DNA of 64,000 nt from Selaginella moellendorffii (Eukaryota > Plantae > Lycopodiophyta). The notes beneath the pieces were generated by a model. It was not told where the DNA came from. It did not search any database and worked only from the letters and a program-made list of their open reading frames with translations. The DNA lies in contig NW_003314298.1 of assembly GCF_000143415.4 (NCBI RefSeq), positions 537,986 through 601,985 of the forward strand. The letters run 5' to 3'. Each line of letters starts with the position of its first letter. The first letter of the stretch is position 1. The position numbers and the translations under genes are program-made. This document shows positions 24,841 through 37,299 of this stretch, piece by piece.

Positions 24841-24865
24841 ATGTGTGTGTGTGTATGTGTGTGTG
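24772..24865. repeat. Compound microsatellite (AC)n(AT)n(GT)n
   Basis: Directly visible. Confidence 0.97.
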
Positions 24866-25189
24866 AACCTTATAATTTATTATTAATAATAATAAAATAA
24901 AAATAAATGTAATATATTTTATTTATTATGTAGGTGTTTTAGTTTTAATAGTTAAGTAAAGAGTGCTTAGTTTTTTCCCATAAATTCTAAATTATAATAT
25001 AATACCATTATTAAAATTCAATATAAAATGTTAAAATAATTTTCCAAAAACATTTATAAAAAATATATATAATTCACAAATTTAAATTAATTTTAAGATG
25101 GATATTGTAGAAAACTCTACTCTTGAAGACTAAAAATGAATTAGAATGTAAATGCTATAGGGTCTTTTGTCAACTTCAGGACCATTTAT

Positions 25190-25502
25190 GCTCAAGCTCT
25201 GTAACATAGCTTTTGATCCTTCATTTAGTAAAATGGACTTGTTCTCAAATGGACTTGTTCTCAAAAAAATATGTGTAACTTTTAAATCATTGAACCTATC
25301 TATGAATGTTCCTTTTTTACACCAAGCTCATGATCCTTCATGTACTAAACTGGACTTGTTCTCAAAAAACATGATTGAGCCTATCTGGATATTCCTTTTT
25401 AACACCAAGCTCTTGATCTTTCATTTACTAAAATGTCAAAAAACATGTATAACTTTTAAATCATTGAGCCTATCTATGAATGTTCCTTTTTAACACCAAG
25501 CT
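25190..25502 (+). repeat. Degenerate ~80-130 bp tandem repeat, 3-4 units
   Basis: Recurring caagctc..gatccttcat..taaa.tggacttgttctcaaa and attgagcctatctatgaatgttcctttt. Confidence 0.75.
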
Positions 25503-25782
25503 GTTTCAAGACTTTATGTTGGACCCACTTCACCTTTTTTAGAGTATGCAAAGTTCACAAGGAATATCCTGGAGCATCATTCGTTAATTTACTTGCAAAG
25601 ACTAGAACATATTTTAGGAAACAACATGCGGCCGAGGCCAGAATCTGTTATTTTAAAACTAAGAACTACTGATTGTAAGAAAAAAATAATTTTGAGTTAA
25701 AATAGTAAGTACATCACCAGAAAAAAAATATTGTAAAATTATGCAATACAAAAATTAGAAAACTCAGTTAAAAAGAAAAGTG

Positions 25783-26555
25783 CTTGTCAAGAACCATAGC
25801 ATTCCTCTTAGCCACACTTGATTGATTATAGAGTTTTAGATCACTCTTGATTTGCTCATAGATTGTTAAACAAGTGTGATTCCTTGTAGGGACGGTGGGA
25901 TCTTGCTGGACTTTTAGCACTACTGCTTTCTCAAGACTGGAAAGCTTGTTAGCTGGAGCAAGGAGCAACTGATTGATTGTGATTACAGGGTGCCTCTCAC
26001 ACTTGAGTTGAATACGCATTGAGCATATCCATTTTTCCAGGATGGCTGCTGTGAAGGTGGCGCAATACTACCCGCCTACGAGTGCGTCAAAACCAGGGGT
26101 CTGGAATCTGAGGAAGTCTACCCTTGTGAAGAACTAGGCTACGTTTCAGACCTTGTGAACCCGTTCGTGGTCGGTGTGATTTCCGCCCAAGCAAGGTGGC
26201 CGCCACCATTGCAAACTACTCAACAGTGTCCGAGGACGAGGACCAAATCGCTGCCAATCTGGTGAAGAACGTCGAGTGAGTATCTTTTGTTCTCTGGAAA
26301 AAATCTGACATTGGGTGGTTTTTGCAGTCGCAACTTAAAGGACAGTTTCTATTCACTTACAAGGTGCGCATTTGCCCTGGGGAGATGGACCATGCAGTGC
26401 TGCTTGTTGGCTATGGCACCGAGGATGGTGTGCCCTATTGGACCCTGAAGAATTCTTGGGCCGATAAGTTTGGTGAAGATGGGTATTTCCGGCTGTGTCG
26501 AGGTTTTGGTGCTTGTGACATGAAAGTTACTACTATCTCTGCCTATTCTATGTGA
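25783..26555 (+). pseudogene. Papain-like cysteine protease (RD19-like) pseudogene, mature-domain half
   Basis: VKNH (25786), frameshifted G.(C)GSCWTFSTT, FLKTGKLVSWSKEQLIDCD, DGCCEGG, EDEDQIAANLVKN, MDHAVLLVGYG..YWTLKNSW..GYFRLCRG; frameshifts and deletions present. Confidence 0.9.
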
Positions 26556-26620
26556 AAAGATCGAGTTCCTTAAGTCGATTAATAAGTTTTACAATCCATA
26601 TTCAAGTCCACGATGAAGAT

Positions 26621-26986
26621 CACAACTGCGCCATGCTCCCTCCAATCGAAGCTGGGACCCGGTTTACAACCCGCTAGTACCTTTTACGGAATCCCATGAA
26701 CCCTAAGAGTTCTTCTGGGGTGAGGTCCTGATTCCATGAATGGCAGTGGGATCCTGGTGCTGGAGTCTCTTGGCGCGTGCCAGATTCGCTTCAAACACCT
26801 TGAGCCGGTGCACGTACTCCTCGCGTTGCCAAACTTGTGCATGAAGTGTTTGAGGTGGCCTTCCACATCCTCCACTTCTACGTCGTCTATAACCTGTCGA
26901 ATTCCACCGAGATCCAATCTACTTGTTGACGAGCAATAAATCACGCTCGCTAGCAAGACCAAGATGATCACCAGAGCCTTTGCCAT
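26621..26986 (-). pseudogene. Papain-like cysteine protease pseudogene, signal/pro-domain half (opposite strand)
   Basis: MAKALVIILVLLAS signal peptide, I29-like HFMHKFG..EEYVHRLKVFEANL..QDPTAIHG, then PSFDWREHGAVV; frameshifted. Confidence 0.9.
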
Positions 26987-27469
26987 CTTTCTACTTAGGG
27001 CTAGAAATCCCAAAGTTAATTCCCAGCACAAAGGGTTACGAGAGAGCTTGAGTATCTTTCTTAAAAGTTTGTATTGTTTTACAATCTTGACATTGACTTT
27101 TTGTTATGATATATCATACGATAGATGGTATTATATAGAACCCACTTCAAATAAAAGAGAGATCCCTTTTTACCGTAAATTTAAAATAATTTTTCTTTCT
27201 ATAAAATTATTGACAACACAAAAAGAAAAGGAATCTAGCCGGAATCTCTAGAGACATGGTAAAGACTCATCTCCATGGAGGACGCTCGTTCTATATGCGA
27301 GATGGGCACTAGCTCTTATAACATGACCGGCAGCAAAGCTCGAGGAGAAGGCTATCCAGCTTGAGAATTTCTCAAGCTTCTCCTCGACTAGAGTTGAGGA
27401 AGGCGCGGTGGCCATCGGTTGTGGATGGAAGCTCAACGTTCTCGACTTGAGGAGCTGGAGCTTACGCAT

Positions 27470-28230
27470 GGTTTCACGACTGGAGCTTGTTGACAGGCAA
27501 CACGATGGACTTCATCCCTCTCCATACACTCGTCCGGAAGTTAAACGTCGCGTTATGCTCGAGGAATTCATTTGCTCTGTAAAAAACAGGAAGACATTGA
27601 TCCTATCTTACCAAAAACAAACAAAACGAGAAACTCAAGGGACTTACCAGCGTACGATCAAAGTCCTGAGCACCTGGCGGCCGTGTACGTAACGACGATG
27701 AATACGGGAAAGGAAGATCTCATCGCAGGCATCGTAGTTCTGTTACCTTTCCCTTGGCCATAAAAGCTTCCACCGTATCACAATTAATACTGGCGGATCA
27801 TCCTCAATGCATGATGCTGCCACCACCTGTCGGTTCCTTTTCAAGACTTTGAAGCCTTGGATTGTAATTTGGAGCCTTGGACCGCACCACCAGGTATCAC
27901 CTAATCACCAACACGAGCGTCCAATTAATCGAAAAGCCAGTGCTCTAAAGAGTTATAACTTATGCTCACCAAAAGTCCACCTTTCCGAGTTTGAATTGAA
28001 CCACGAAACGCTTTATCGCTTTGCTCGAGTCGAGCGATGGCTGCTGCTGCTGCTGGCTGGTGACGGTGGTGCTGGCAGACGACGAGTAATTGTTGATAAA
28101 TTCCTGGCGAGCGACACCTTCCTTTTCCTTCCTCCTGTCCTGGGAACCAAGCAACCATATCTCATTCTCTCTCCCGATTCCTGTTCTTCCTGTTCTGCCC
28201 GTCTCTTCGTCTGATTACCATCGCTATCGT
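27470..28230 (-). other. Possible multi-exon orphan gene or gene relic
   Basis: GC-balanced exon-like blocks bounded by GT..AG (e.g. FKLGK/gt near 27978, cgctg/gtaag near 27647); no recognisable domain. Confidence 0.3.
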
Positions 28231-28646
28231 GTCACTGTAATGGCGGTCTCGGTTGATCTTCTTTCCCTCCAAAACGAAAAACCAGGCCCCTCTCAATCAA
28301 TCTGTTGCCAGTCCTATGTTCGTGCTGAGACATCGCATTCAGTCGCTTCAGCCATGTCTCCGTTCCCCCCAACTCTCCATTTTTTAATTCACTGAGAGTC
28401 ACTGATTCACTGCCCTGTCGAAGTAAATTTCCTACCCGACCTCTGCTCAGGCTGGCTGATGTATACCCCGGCCACCATAACACAACCCAACCGCTACAAA
28501 TCATTGGTCGGCTTGTCGAAGCAGTGTCCTCTTCTAGCTGCTTGCAAACTCCAGCTCCGTTTCTACGGGGTGTAGAAGGAGCGTCCTAAGCTAAAACTAC
28601 TTCGCTGGAACGAAAGCAAAATGAAAGGAAAAAAGCAACTTGAAAG

Positions 28647-30885
28647 TTACCTCCAACGTCTTGATTTGAAAATGTCCGGAGTTGATGGCCCGTCATCTCT
28701 CGAACTGTAGTGAAAGAAACGGGGACTGGCAAGCGTCGAGCCCAACCTTTTCAGCCCACAGCCCCACGAAGACGACGACGCGGAGCTGCGCTTGCTTGGC
28801 TTGAGCAGTTTCTGCAGGTCCTGCTTGATGTGGTTGTAGCCAGTCCGGAGCTCTAAGAATTGCTCCTTGATCTTTTCGATGTCTTTCTTCAGGGACCTGA
28901 TGTCTTGGGACGCTGTTTCCCACGTAGCTTCTGAGTAGGGGGGAGTGACTTGCGTACCACCACCACCGAAAGAGCCATACCCGTATATGTTCTTTAGCTT
29001 GAGGTGTTCACTGAAGAGTACCTGAACCACTGTCCTGAGAGGAAGACGTTCGTTCTGGGAGGCATGCAAGCGAGCCTCGGAAGATAGCCTTTGACAGTCC
29101 ATAATCCTGCATAGCCTCTTGCGATCCTGTTCCGTCGCTGTCGGATGTGCCTGTAGATTATAAAAAGATAAAGGGAAAGCAATAAGATTGTATCTTCTAG
29201 CAAAATGCCAAACCGAGCAGCTTTTACGAACCTTGAGGTACATGTCGATAGCTCTATACAGTCCATCGTGACAGGCTCGTGAGTAAACTGGTAAAGCGTC
29301 GGCGAGAGCTTGGAACTTGGTCAGTGGCAGCTGAGGATCGTGTGCAACTTCCGCTAGGTAGCTGTCCAGCAGCTTGGCAACCTTCATCTTGCTCCCGGAC
29401 GAATGCTCGTTGAGAACCGAGATGGAGGAGCTCTTGTTGTCGAAACTTAACTTTGCCTTGTCTATGCTCGACGGAGTTTCGGCATCGGGGCTCCGATCCG
29501 GACTGGTTTCCTCCTCGTGTGCAAGAAAGTATTCCACTAGCCTTTGAACGAGGCCGACATCATACCGTGTGTCGGAAACATGGGGAGCGGAAGGAATGAG
29601 CAAGTCACCCAGTGTCGCTTGCTCGAGCTGTATGGCGATCCTCTTCTCCAGCTCAACTTTGCAAGGACCACTCGCGTTTAGCATGCTAGCTATACGGAGC
29701 ATCTGGAGTAAAAAACCGCAGCTGACCGAGTTCTTCTGTCCGGGAAGTAGGCCGACCATACTCTCCACTACCAGCTTACTCCTGGCTTGCAGCCAGGTGA
29801 AATCCTCCTTGGTCACTATGGCTGGAGAACTTGTAGCAACCGCACGGCCTGTTTTGCTGGACTCGTGGCATGTGTTGGATAGAGTCGGGATCCACTTGAG
29901 AGCGTAGCACATTATCACAGCTCCGACAAGCTCCGACTTCATTCCTTTGGCCTTGATCGCCGTGAGAACTTTAGTGAAGTGGTCGATGCACAGCATAGAG
30001 ACGTCCTCGAACCACCAGTCCTGTGGAACCTGCTTCAGTGCCAAATTGCGCCCGTCTTTCGCAATATAGCTCGAAGGACAGACGACGTTTTTCTTGCCGC
30101 CAGTGATCGTCGGCCAATTGTTCAGCCCCTTTGGATCGGTGCATGCCTTCCAGGCAATCGACTCGCTGCACCGTCTCACAATCTGCAAGTCCTCTGCCCA
30201 TGGATGGAGTTTCTCGCAACTCAGCAGCACCGTGAGCGTGTCTTTCCACGAAGCAAGAACTACCAGTGCCAGAAACGCCTCAGTCTTCGCAATGAGATTG
30301 CCTTCTTCGAGCTCTTCTACCATCTCGAGATACTCCGCCGCACAACGCAATGCTGCAACGTTGGAAGCGTTAAGGTCGATTGGCATGCCATAGCAGAATC
30401 TGGCTGCCAATTCAAATGCTTCGGGGCCGCCGGGGACTCCTACGAGTTTAATCTCGTCAGTCTCGGTATCACGAGACTCAAACACGAGCCGGTTGAGTCT
30501 ACCACTCCTTGAAAGTAGAGGAAACTGCAAACGAGAGAGCAGAAAGTATTTAGTATCAATAGCAGCAACTCTTAAATTCTCGCCGGTGGGAGATTCAAAA
30601 GGCGAGTAGGAAAAAGGAACGTTACTGGCGTATCAACGAAACGAACCTTGTGAAGATGAAACTTGAGATCATCGACCTCCACAACCAAGTCGCTCTGAAG
30701 CTCTGTCGCCACGAACCTGAAGCGACATTTGTGAGCTCGAGGGGACCACGAAGGAGAAGAGCTCACTCGCTCGGAAAGGAATGAGAGAGGAAGAACAAAA
30801 GAAATTACCAAGCTTGGCCTTTCCTCTGGAAGCTGTTGTGACCAGCAGGAACCGCAGCTTCTTCATCCAGTTTCAGAGGGCTCAT
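28647..30885 (-). CDS. NPH3/RPT2-like (NRL) BTB/POZ protein; exons ~30885(or 31029)-30809, 30716-30647, 30524-29232, 29150-~28650, possibly a short terminal exon
   Basis: FQRKGQAW/FVATELQSDLVVEV..FHLHK/FPLLSRSG, PGGPEAFELAARFCYG, DWWFED, HDGLYRAIDMYLK/AHP, HASQNERLPLR, C-terminal coiled coil; canonical splice sites. Confidence 0.95.
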
Positions 30886-31648
30886 GCTGAGATACTTGTT
30901 GCTCTTCTCATCAGTGACATTTTCAGCATTGCTCGGCACCCTGTTGCACGCTCGGCCGCTGATCCGAGCATTGTACACTCCTATCCTCTGCTGTTGCTGT
31001 TGTTTTGGAACATTTTCCCTTCTCTTCATGCTTTTTTGAGATCCAACGGAACCAGCCCAGCGCAACAGCACAAAATGGTCTCCCTCTTTCTGCTCAGCAC
31101 GCTACAAGCCTTAAACTTCGGAGCAAGGCGCCTATCCATGTGAGCTGTGACGTGCCACTACACGTGTGATGCCCTGCTGGCAATGGTACGACCACCACCA
31201 CCTAAAAGCACCTATGAAACCGAACCCACCGCCGCTTTGTGGTGAAAGATGTCTTGACAAAAAACGTTGTGCCGTTTGAAGGCGTTCACGAAAGCTGGAA
31301 AATGAGTTCCACCTACGGCAAAAGATGAAGAGGTAATCCGATTGTCTTGACTTCCAAAAAAGAATTGTCTTTAACTCGTACCTCGGTTAACTTTGGATCT
31401 TGAATTCCTGGAGCGAAGACCTGAAAGCGTCCGCAAGCTTAGGAATAAAACAAAGCAAAGATCCCAAATAACCTGCTTTGTAAACATCTGTTGACTCTTT
31501 ACAGAACGCATTAGACCCAATGCTTGTCCAGAAAGTTATTCTTAAGATCGTTGTTTGACATGGCAACAAAAATGCGGCCTTTAGTAGCTGTGAATTACCA
31601 AAAAACGAGCATACCTGGGACTAGAGCAACTACAAAAATTATTAAGGA

Positions 31649-32744
31649 TCATATTAGAAGATCGTAATGGTTGCTACCACTGAAGAGTAACCTCACTGGC
31701 TTTCTACCCTTACGCTCTTTGGTCGATTTGCTGAACTCGCTTCCATATTCCGCGATTGGAATGTAGCCTGTGCCCCAGCGAGCTCCCTGCTTGAGCTGAA
31801 AGAAAAGAAACATTACTCCAGTTGTTTGCAACCATATTTGCTACCTCGGATTCGGGAATGTATACTGTAATTGGTTGTCCAAGCATCCGTGACAAAACCT
31901 GAAGCCAGCCTTGCCATGAGCTTGCCTGACCAAACACAAGCTTAGCAACTTTACCAGAAGTTCCGAGTCGCCTCCCCAAAAATCTTGTCTCACTATTCTC
32001 TGGCAGTATCTGGCAGTTCCAGTTGGAGCAAGGATGTTGTTTGCTTTCGATCAATACCTTTTAAGAGATTCGTCCACCGTCACTGAGATAAGAGCGTCTT
32101 CATGCTGTCGACGTTCTTGCTCACTTGTACAGAGTGCCTCTCGCACAGCCATTTTCAGTTGATCTGCGAGAAACGAGCTTTTGAAGGAGAGAAGAAAATT
32201 ACAAAGTGCTCTTACCAGCCTCTTCCTTCTCCTCTTTACCGCTCATTCGGACTCCCTTGTTTGCAGCGAGACCTTGCGCCTACTCAAACAAAGAGAACAA
32301 ATAAAAGAGAAAAAGAGAGGTAGTGATAGACACATACAAAGAAATAAAACGAGAAAGAAATCACTTACCAAAGCTCTAAACATGCATCGTCCATCGCCAG
32401 CAATTCGAAACACCGTATAATGCTCGACCTTCTTCGCGGCCGGAGGAGCCTGCCTGTGGAATAAGTGAGTGATTTACTGGAAATCGATCCAATGCGGCCG
32501 AAATATTCACCTCGTTGCTGAATCCGACCCGATCCTAGCAAAAAACAGCGATCTAGGCTTGAAAAGAGGGCGCTGGATCGCCACGGAGGGGAATGGAGGG
32601 CTCAATTGCACTCCGCTTCCACTTTCAACGATCTCAAACCAGGCGCCGGGCTCCAGCGCTTTCCCTGAATCCGATCGATTGGATCGATCGAAGCGAAAGC
32701 GAGACGAAAGAATGCATACCTGACGAAGCTCTCTCCTCCGCCAT
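31649..32744 (-). CDS. OTU-domain deubiquitinase (OTU3-like), multi-exon
   Basis: GDGRCMFRAL (Cys box), ADQLKMAVREALC, WGGDSEL, GQPITVYIPE, RLLFSGSNHYDLLI (His box); ATG at 32744 next to a telo-box. Confidence 0.88.
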
Positions 32745-32879
32745 AAACCCTAGCTAAATTTTCCCCTTCTGTTAGGGTTCTTCGTTTTAAGGCCGGGATA
32801 GGGGTTTTTAGTGTTTAGCGCTCGAGCACGGGAAGCTGCTGCTCAAGGAGAGGTGGTGGAAGAAGAATCTCAAGCACAG

Positions 32880-34267
32880 AATGCTCAGCAGTGAAGTGTG
32901 CTCCTTGCGATGCAAGGCGCACAGTTTTCCAGCATCAGCAAGTCTTTTCCAGAGATCACGCTCGAGATGACAGCCTGTGGGTTTGATGGAGAAAATCACC
33001 AACGAAGTCCTTTCGTCGCTCTTCGAGGCTCAAGCTTGCTTCAAAACACGAGTCGATCTAGACGACCATCTCTCAAATCTACACCGAGTGATTCCAACTC
33101 AAGCGTGTTGATCAGTGACATCTTATGGGAAGTGCTGGGATCCTCTAACCGAGAAGTTCGTGTATGCGTCAATCCCTGGAGACGATTCATACACAAGAAC
33201 AGAGAAAAGGCTTAAGAACCCGGGTAAAATCTCCCAACTTTGTGTGCTTTCCATTGTCAAGGAGCGGAAGCTCTGAGCTTTCTAATGCTTTGTCATGTTT
33301 CAGAGGTGGAGAACGGATTTCATACCGTACGCACTGAGAGCTGGGTTCCAAGAGCTCTTGTTGAGGCAACGCAAGATGGAAGTAAGTGTTCGTTAGTGTC
33401 TTCATGGTTTGAGGATGACAAGTCTTCTGAAAAACAGGACGAGATCCGAAGATATCTTCCAGGCAGCGTTGAGTGCGGCAAGGCTGTTGCTCAAGGACTC
33501 ACGCCCTGTGGATCGGATATATCCATTCGTTTGGGCGGAATCGAAATATAAGTACTCGATCCTGGACGTTTTTGGTTTCGTACTCGTCGAGTGGACGAGC
33601 TTCCATACAGAAGGTACAGTTTTTCGTTTCAATAGAACGATGCATTGATTGTGCATTCACTAGATACCTTGACACAGTTGTTGCAATGCGTTCACAGTCA
33701 TTGGAAGAGATTTCGACCGGAAGAATGAGCAGTTCCATATAAAGTTTCGTAATGGTATGTTGCCCAAGGAAGGGGAGTTCCCTGTAGGCGTGCTGCACGT
33801 AAACAATAAGGTAGGCTCTCGCTTTTCATATCTTTACGTTTTCTACAGCTTGGATCCTTGTAGATCTTTCAGAGGCTGCTGAATTCGTTCAGGGCATGTT
33901 GCGAATATCGATAGGCAACCATGTCCTAACGTGGAAAGAAGAAGACCTCCAGGTATTTTCTCAATGTGTGTTTGGAGCTTTCTCTACATGTTTGGAGCTT
34001 TCTAATGTGTTCTTCAGGAGGCTACGAGGTTGCGAAAGCTGTCCATCGCTGCCTGCAAGACACGGGTGTTCCAGCCTGCACGAGTGGAAGCTGAGAGATC
34101 GGAACATCGTCTGGATCTTACGAGCAATTGAAACAAACAGGTTGAAACAAACAGGTCCAGAGGAAGACTGGGAAAACGAAAGCAGTGGTAATTCCTTTGT
34201 TTGTATGCTAACATACACTGACTGTTGGTCCAGTGCAGCTCATAAGGTGATTGCTGAGGTTCTCTGA
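32880..34267 (+). other. Unidentified multi-exon gene or pseudogene, divergent from OTU
   Basis: Several coding-like ORF blocks joined by short GT-AG introns (e.g. 33380 gtaag, 33811 gtagg..ctacag 33848); no recognisable family. Confidence 0.35.
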
Positions 34268-34289
34268 GCAAACAAAAGTTTAGAAAGCT

Positions 34290-34560
34290 TACCGCAAGTT
34301 CTTGTCTCTGGCAGTGTAAGACTGTCGTCTGTTTTCATCAAACTTAGAAGTACCATTCGTCCAGCTTAACCGAGATAAGAGCGCCTACAAGCTGTCTACG
34401 TTTTTTCTCGCTTGTGCAAAGTGCCTCTCTTACAGCCATTTTCAATTGATCTGCGAAGACAAGCTTGGGAAGTGAAAAGAAAATTGCGAGTCGCTCCTCT
34501 CTAGATGGTTTGCAGCGAGTCCTTGTGCCTACAAGAAGCGCAGTGATAGCCACACACGCA
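34290..34560 (-). pseudogene. Partial duplicate of internal OTU3-like exons
   Basis: ADQLKMAVREALCTSEKKRRQLVGALISV versus ADQLKMAVREALCTSEQERRQHEDALISV at 32060-32170; adjacent exon RDLAPT-like sequence also copied. Confidence 0.8.
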
Positions 34561-34689
34561 CAAAAAAGAGAGAAAGAAGCTTTAGGATAGAATCACCACA
34601 TAAGCTCCATTGCGCATAGACACCGGGAATATACCAATTTCACTTGGCGGGACCACGTTAGAACCCTACTTTTGAGATTGAGTGAATGG

Positions 34690-36963
34690 ATGGACACGAC
34701 CGAATTCCTGGGGCGCGTGAAATCGTGCTCTTCGCTCGCGATTGCTCGCCAGCTCCACCAGCAGATCCCCTGCAAGCCCAGCGATGGCGCATTCGTGTGG
34801 AACAAGCTGGTCGAGATGTATGGGCGCTGCGGGAGCGTCACGCACGCCCGCCAGATCTTCGAGCTCATGGGCGATTCTCACATCCGGGATCTCTTCTCCT
34901 GGAGCGCGATCCTCCATGCCTACATTCGAAACGGGCATTTGGAGGAGGCCAAGGCGCTGTTCGATTCCATGGATCGCTGGAACGTCGCCGTATGCACGAC
35001 GATGATCGTGGGCTTTGCCACCGCACGGAAGATCGAGGCGGCGAGAGGGATTTTCGATTCGATGCCGCTGCTCGACACCGCCGCGATGAATTCGATGATC
35101 TCCGCGTATGCACAGTGTGGCTGTTTCCAGGAATCGATTGAGCTGTTCGCATCAATCCCCCACAAGGATGTGTTCTCGTGGAATGCGATCCTCGCGGCGA
35201 TCATCAGGGCTCGCCCAATCGCGGAAGCGCGAGAGTTCTTCGCGGCGATGGAGGAACGAGATCTCGTGTCGTGGAACCAGATGGTGTCGGCATTCGCGGA
35301 GCTGGGCTTCTCGGACGATGCCAGGAGCTCGTTTGATTCCATGCCACTGCACGATCTGGCGTCCTGGAACTCGATGCTCGCGGTCGCCGACGGATCAACA
35401 GCGCGAGCGCTCTTCCAGTCGATGCCCGAGTGGAATCTCTTGTCCTGGAACGGGCTTCTCAGCAACACCACCATGGAATCGCTCCCCGCGATCAAAGAGA
35501 TCTTTGCTCAAATGCCCCGGAGGGATTCCTTCTCCTGGAACGCGATGCTCGCAGCACTTGCCCGGTCTGGGGAACTCCGCGAAGCCGAAGAGATCTTCGC
35601 AAGAATGCCACAGCACAGCCTCACATCCTTCAACATCATGCTGTCAATCCAATCGATCGATCACGCTAAAAAAACCTTCGATTCCATGCCCGAGCGCGAT
35701 GTGATCTCTTGGACTTCGATGCTCGACGCATATGCCCGGGCTGGGGATCAAGCCGGCGCCAAGCGGCTATTCGATTCCATCCCCTACCACAACCTGGTGA
35801 CATGGAACTCCATGCTCGCCACGTACGCCCACCATCGCCACGTCACCGAGGCCGAGGCCACGTTTCGTGCCATGCTGTCGGGCTTGCAGCACGACGTTGT
35901 GACGTGGAACACGATGCTCTCGCTGTACGTGCAGCTGGGCGACGTGCGCCGGGCCGCGCGGCACTTTGACGGCATGCCGCGGCGGAACCTCGTTACGTGG
36001 AATGCTCTGATGGCAGCTTACGTGGACGCTGGTGACATGGACCGGGCAAAGCGATTGTTTGGTGCTATGCCCGAGAAGGATATTGTGTCCTGGTCTCTCT
36101 TGCTATTTCTTGCCGCCACAATGGAATCCATCGAAACCATGGAAGGGATATTCGATCAAATGCCTGAAAGAAACCTTGTGTCATGGAACACGATGCTATC
36201 TGGCTATGGCGGGAGTGGGCATCTAGAAATGGCGAGACACATCTTTTTAATAATGCCTTTTAGAGACGTTATTTCTTGGACAGCGTTGTTAACGTCTTAC
36301 GTGCATGGCCACCTTTTAATCGAAGCAAAGATAGTGTTTGATACCATGCCCATGCACAACGTTGTGACGAGGAATGCGTTGCTATCAGCATATGCCCAGA
36401 ACGGGCATTTGCTGCAATCGCGAAAGTTCTTTGATCAAATGCCCGAGGTTGACGATCCCGTCTCGTGGAGCGCGATGCTGGCTGGGTACTCCTCCAGCGC
36501 TGATTTCTCACAGGCGGCAGTGGAGCTCTTCTGGCGGATGAATCTGGCGGCCGTTCTTCCCGATCAGGCGTGCTTCCTCTCTATCCTGATCGCTTGCAGC
36601 CACGCCGGGAGTGTCAAATCCGCCAGGAGTTTCTTCGGATCCATGGATGTGGACTTCCAGATCGATCGCACCAAGCAGCACTACTGCTGCGTGATCGACT
36701 TGCTCAGCCGGGGCGGCTATCTGGACGACGCGCAAGAGCTCGTCGCGACCATGCCCTTCGATGCCAGTGCCTATGAGTGGAGCTGTTTGCTTGGGGCTTG
36801 CCGCAATGGCGGACACAATCTTGGCCACGCTCGCGACGCCGCCAAATCGGTTCTAGGCATAGGCGTGGATTCTTCCTCCCAATCTTCTTCTTCTTCGTGT
36901 TCTTCCCAAGAATCTTACGCCTATGTCCTTCTTAGTAATGCTTTCGCCGAGAGTTTAAACTAG
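34690..36963 (+). CDS. PLS-class pentatricopeptide repeat protein with E domain, no DYW; long run of short 31-aa repeats
   Basis: Repeated FDxMPxRD/NxVSWNxML..YA motifs; HYCCVIDLLSRGG..MPF..W..LLGAC; YVLLSN terminus; intronless. Confidence 0.95.
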   Translation: MDTTEFLGRVKSCSSLAIARQLHQQIPCKPSDGAFVWNKLVEMYGRCGSVTHARQIFELMGDSHIRDLFSWSAILHAYIRNGHLEEAKALFDSMDRWNVAVCTTMIVGFATARKIEAARGIFDSMPLLDTAAMNSMISAYAQCGCFQESIELFASIPHKDVFSWNAILAAIIRARPIAEAREFFAAMEERDLVSWNQMVSAFAELGFSDDARSSFDSMPLHDLASWNSMLAVADGSTARALFQSMPEWNLLSWNGLLSNTTMESLPAIKEIFAQMPRRDSFSWNAMLAALARSGELREAEEIFARMPQHSLTSFNIMLSIQSIDHAKKTFDSMPERDVISWTSMLDAYARAGDQAGAKRLFDSIPYHNLVTWNSMLATYAHHRHVTEAEATFRAMLSGLQHDVVTWNTMLSLYVQLGDVRRAARHFDGMPRRNLVTWNALMAAYVDAGDMDRAKRLFGAMPEKDIVSWSLLLFLAATMESIETMEGIFDQMPERNLVSWNTMLSGYGGSGHLEMARHIFLIMPFRDVISWTALLTSYVHGHLLIEAKIVFDTMPMHNVVTRNALLSAYAQNGHLLQSRKFFDQMPEVDDPVSWSAMLAGYSSSADFSQAAVELFWRMNLAAVLPDQACFLSILIACSHAGSVKSARSFFGSMDVDFQIDRTKQHYCCVIDLLSRGGYLDDAQELVATMPFDASAYEWSCLLGACRNGGHNLGHARDAAKSVLGIGVDSSSQSSSSSCSSQESYAYVLLSNAFAESLN

Positions 36964-37299
36964 CCGCCATTGGGCTAGGGTTTTCAAGAGAGAGCATTCC
37001 TGATCCGCGAGGCGCCGGTGGATTTTCTGCCGCTCGCTGCCATGGATTGCCATTTCCGAGCTCCAAGGATGGAATGCAGGTCGCGTACGTCGCCATCGTG
37101 CGATCTCGCCCAGGGAAAATCCAGCACTTCAACGGTGTATTCCACGCGTTCGAAGGGATTGGAAGGCTGAATTCTAGCGGTCGAAAGGCTGGAAATTAAA
37201 TCGATCGTGCTCTGCTCGAGGGTAAGTTGGAAATCATGAATGGCATTTCCTCGAACAGGCAACAGGATCGTCTTATATGAGCACTACAAACTTACTTCT

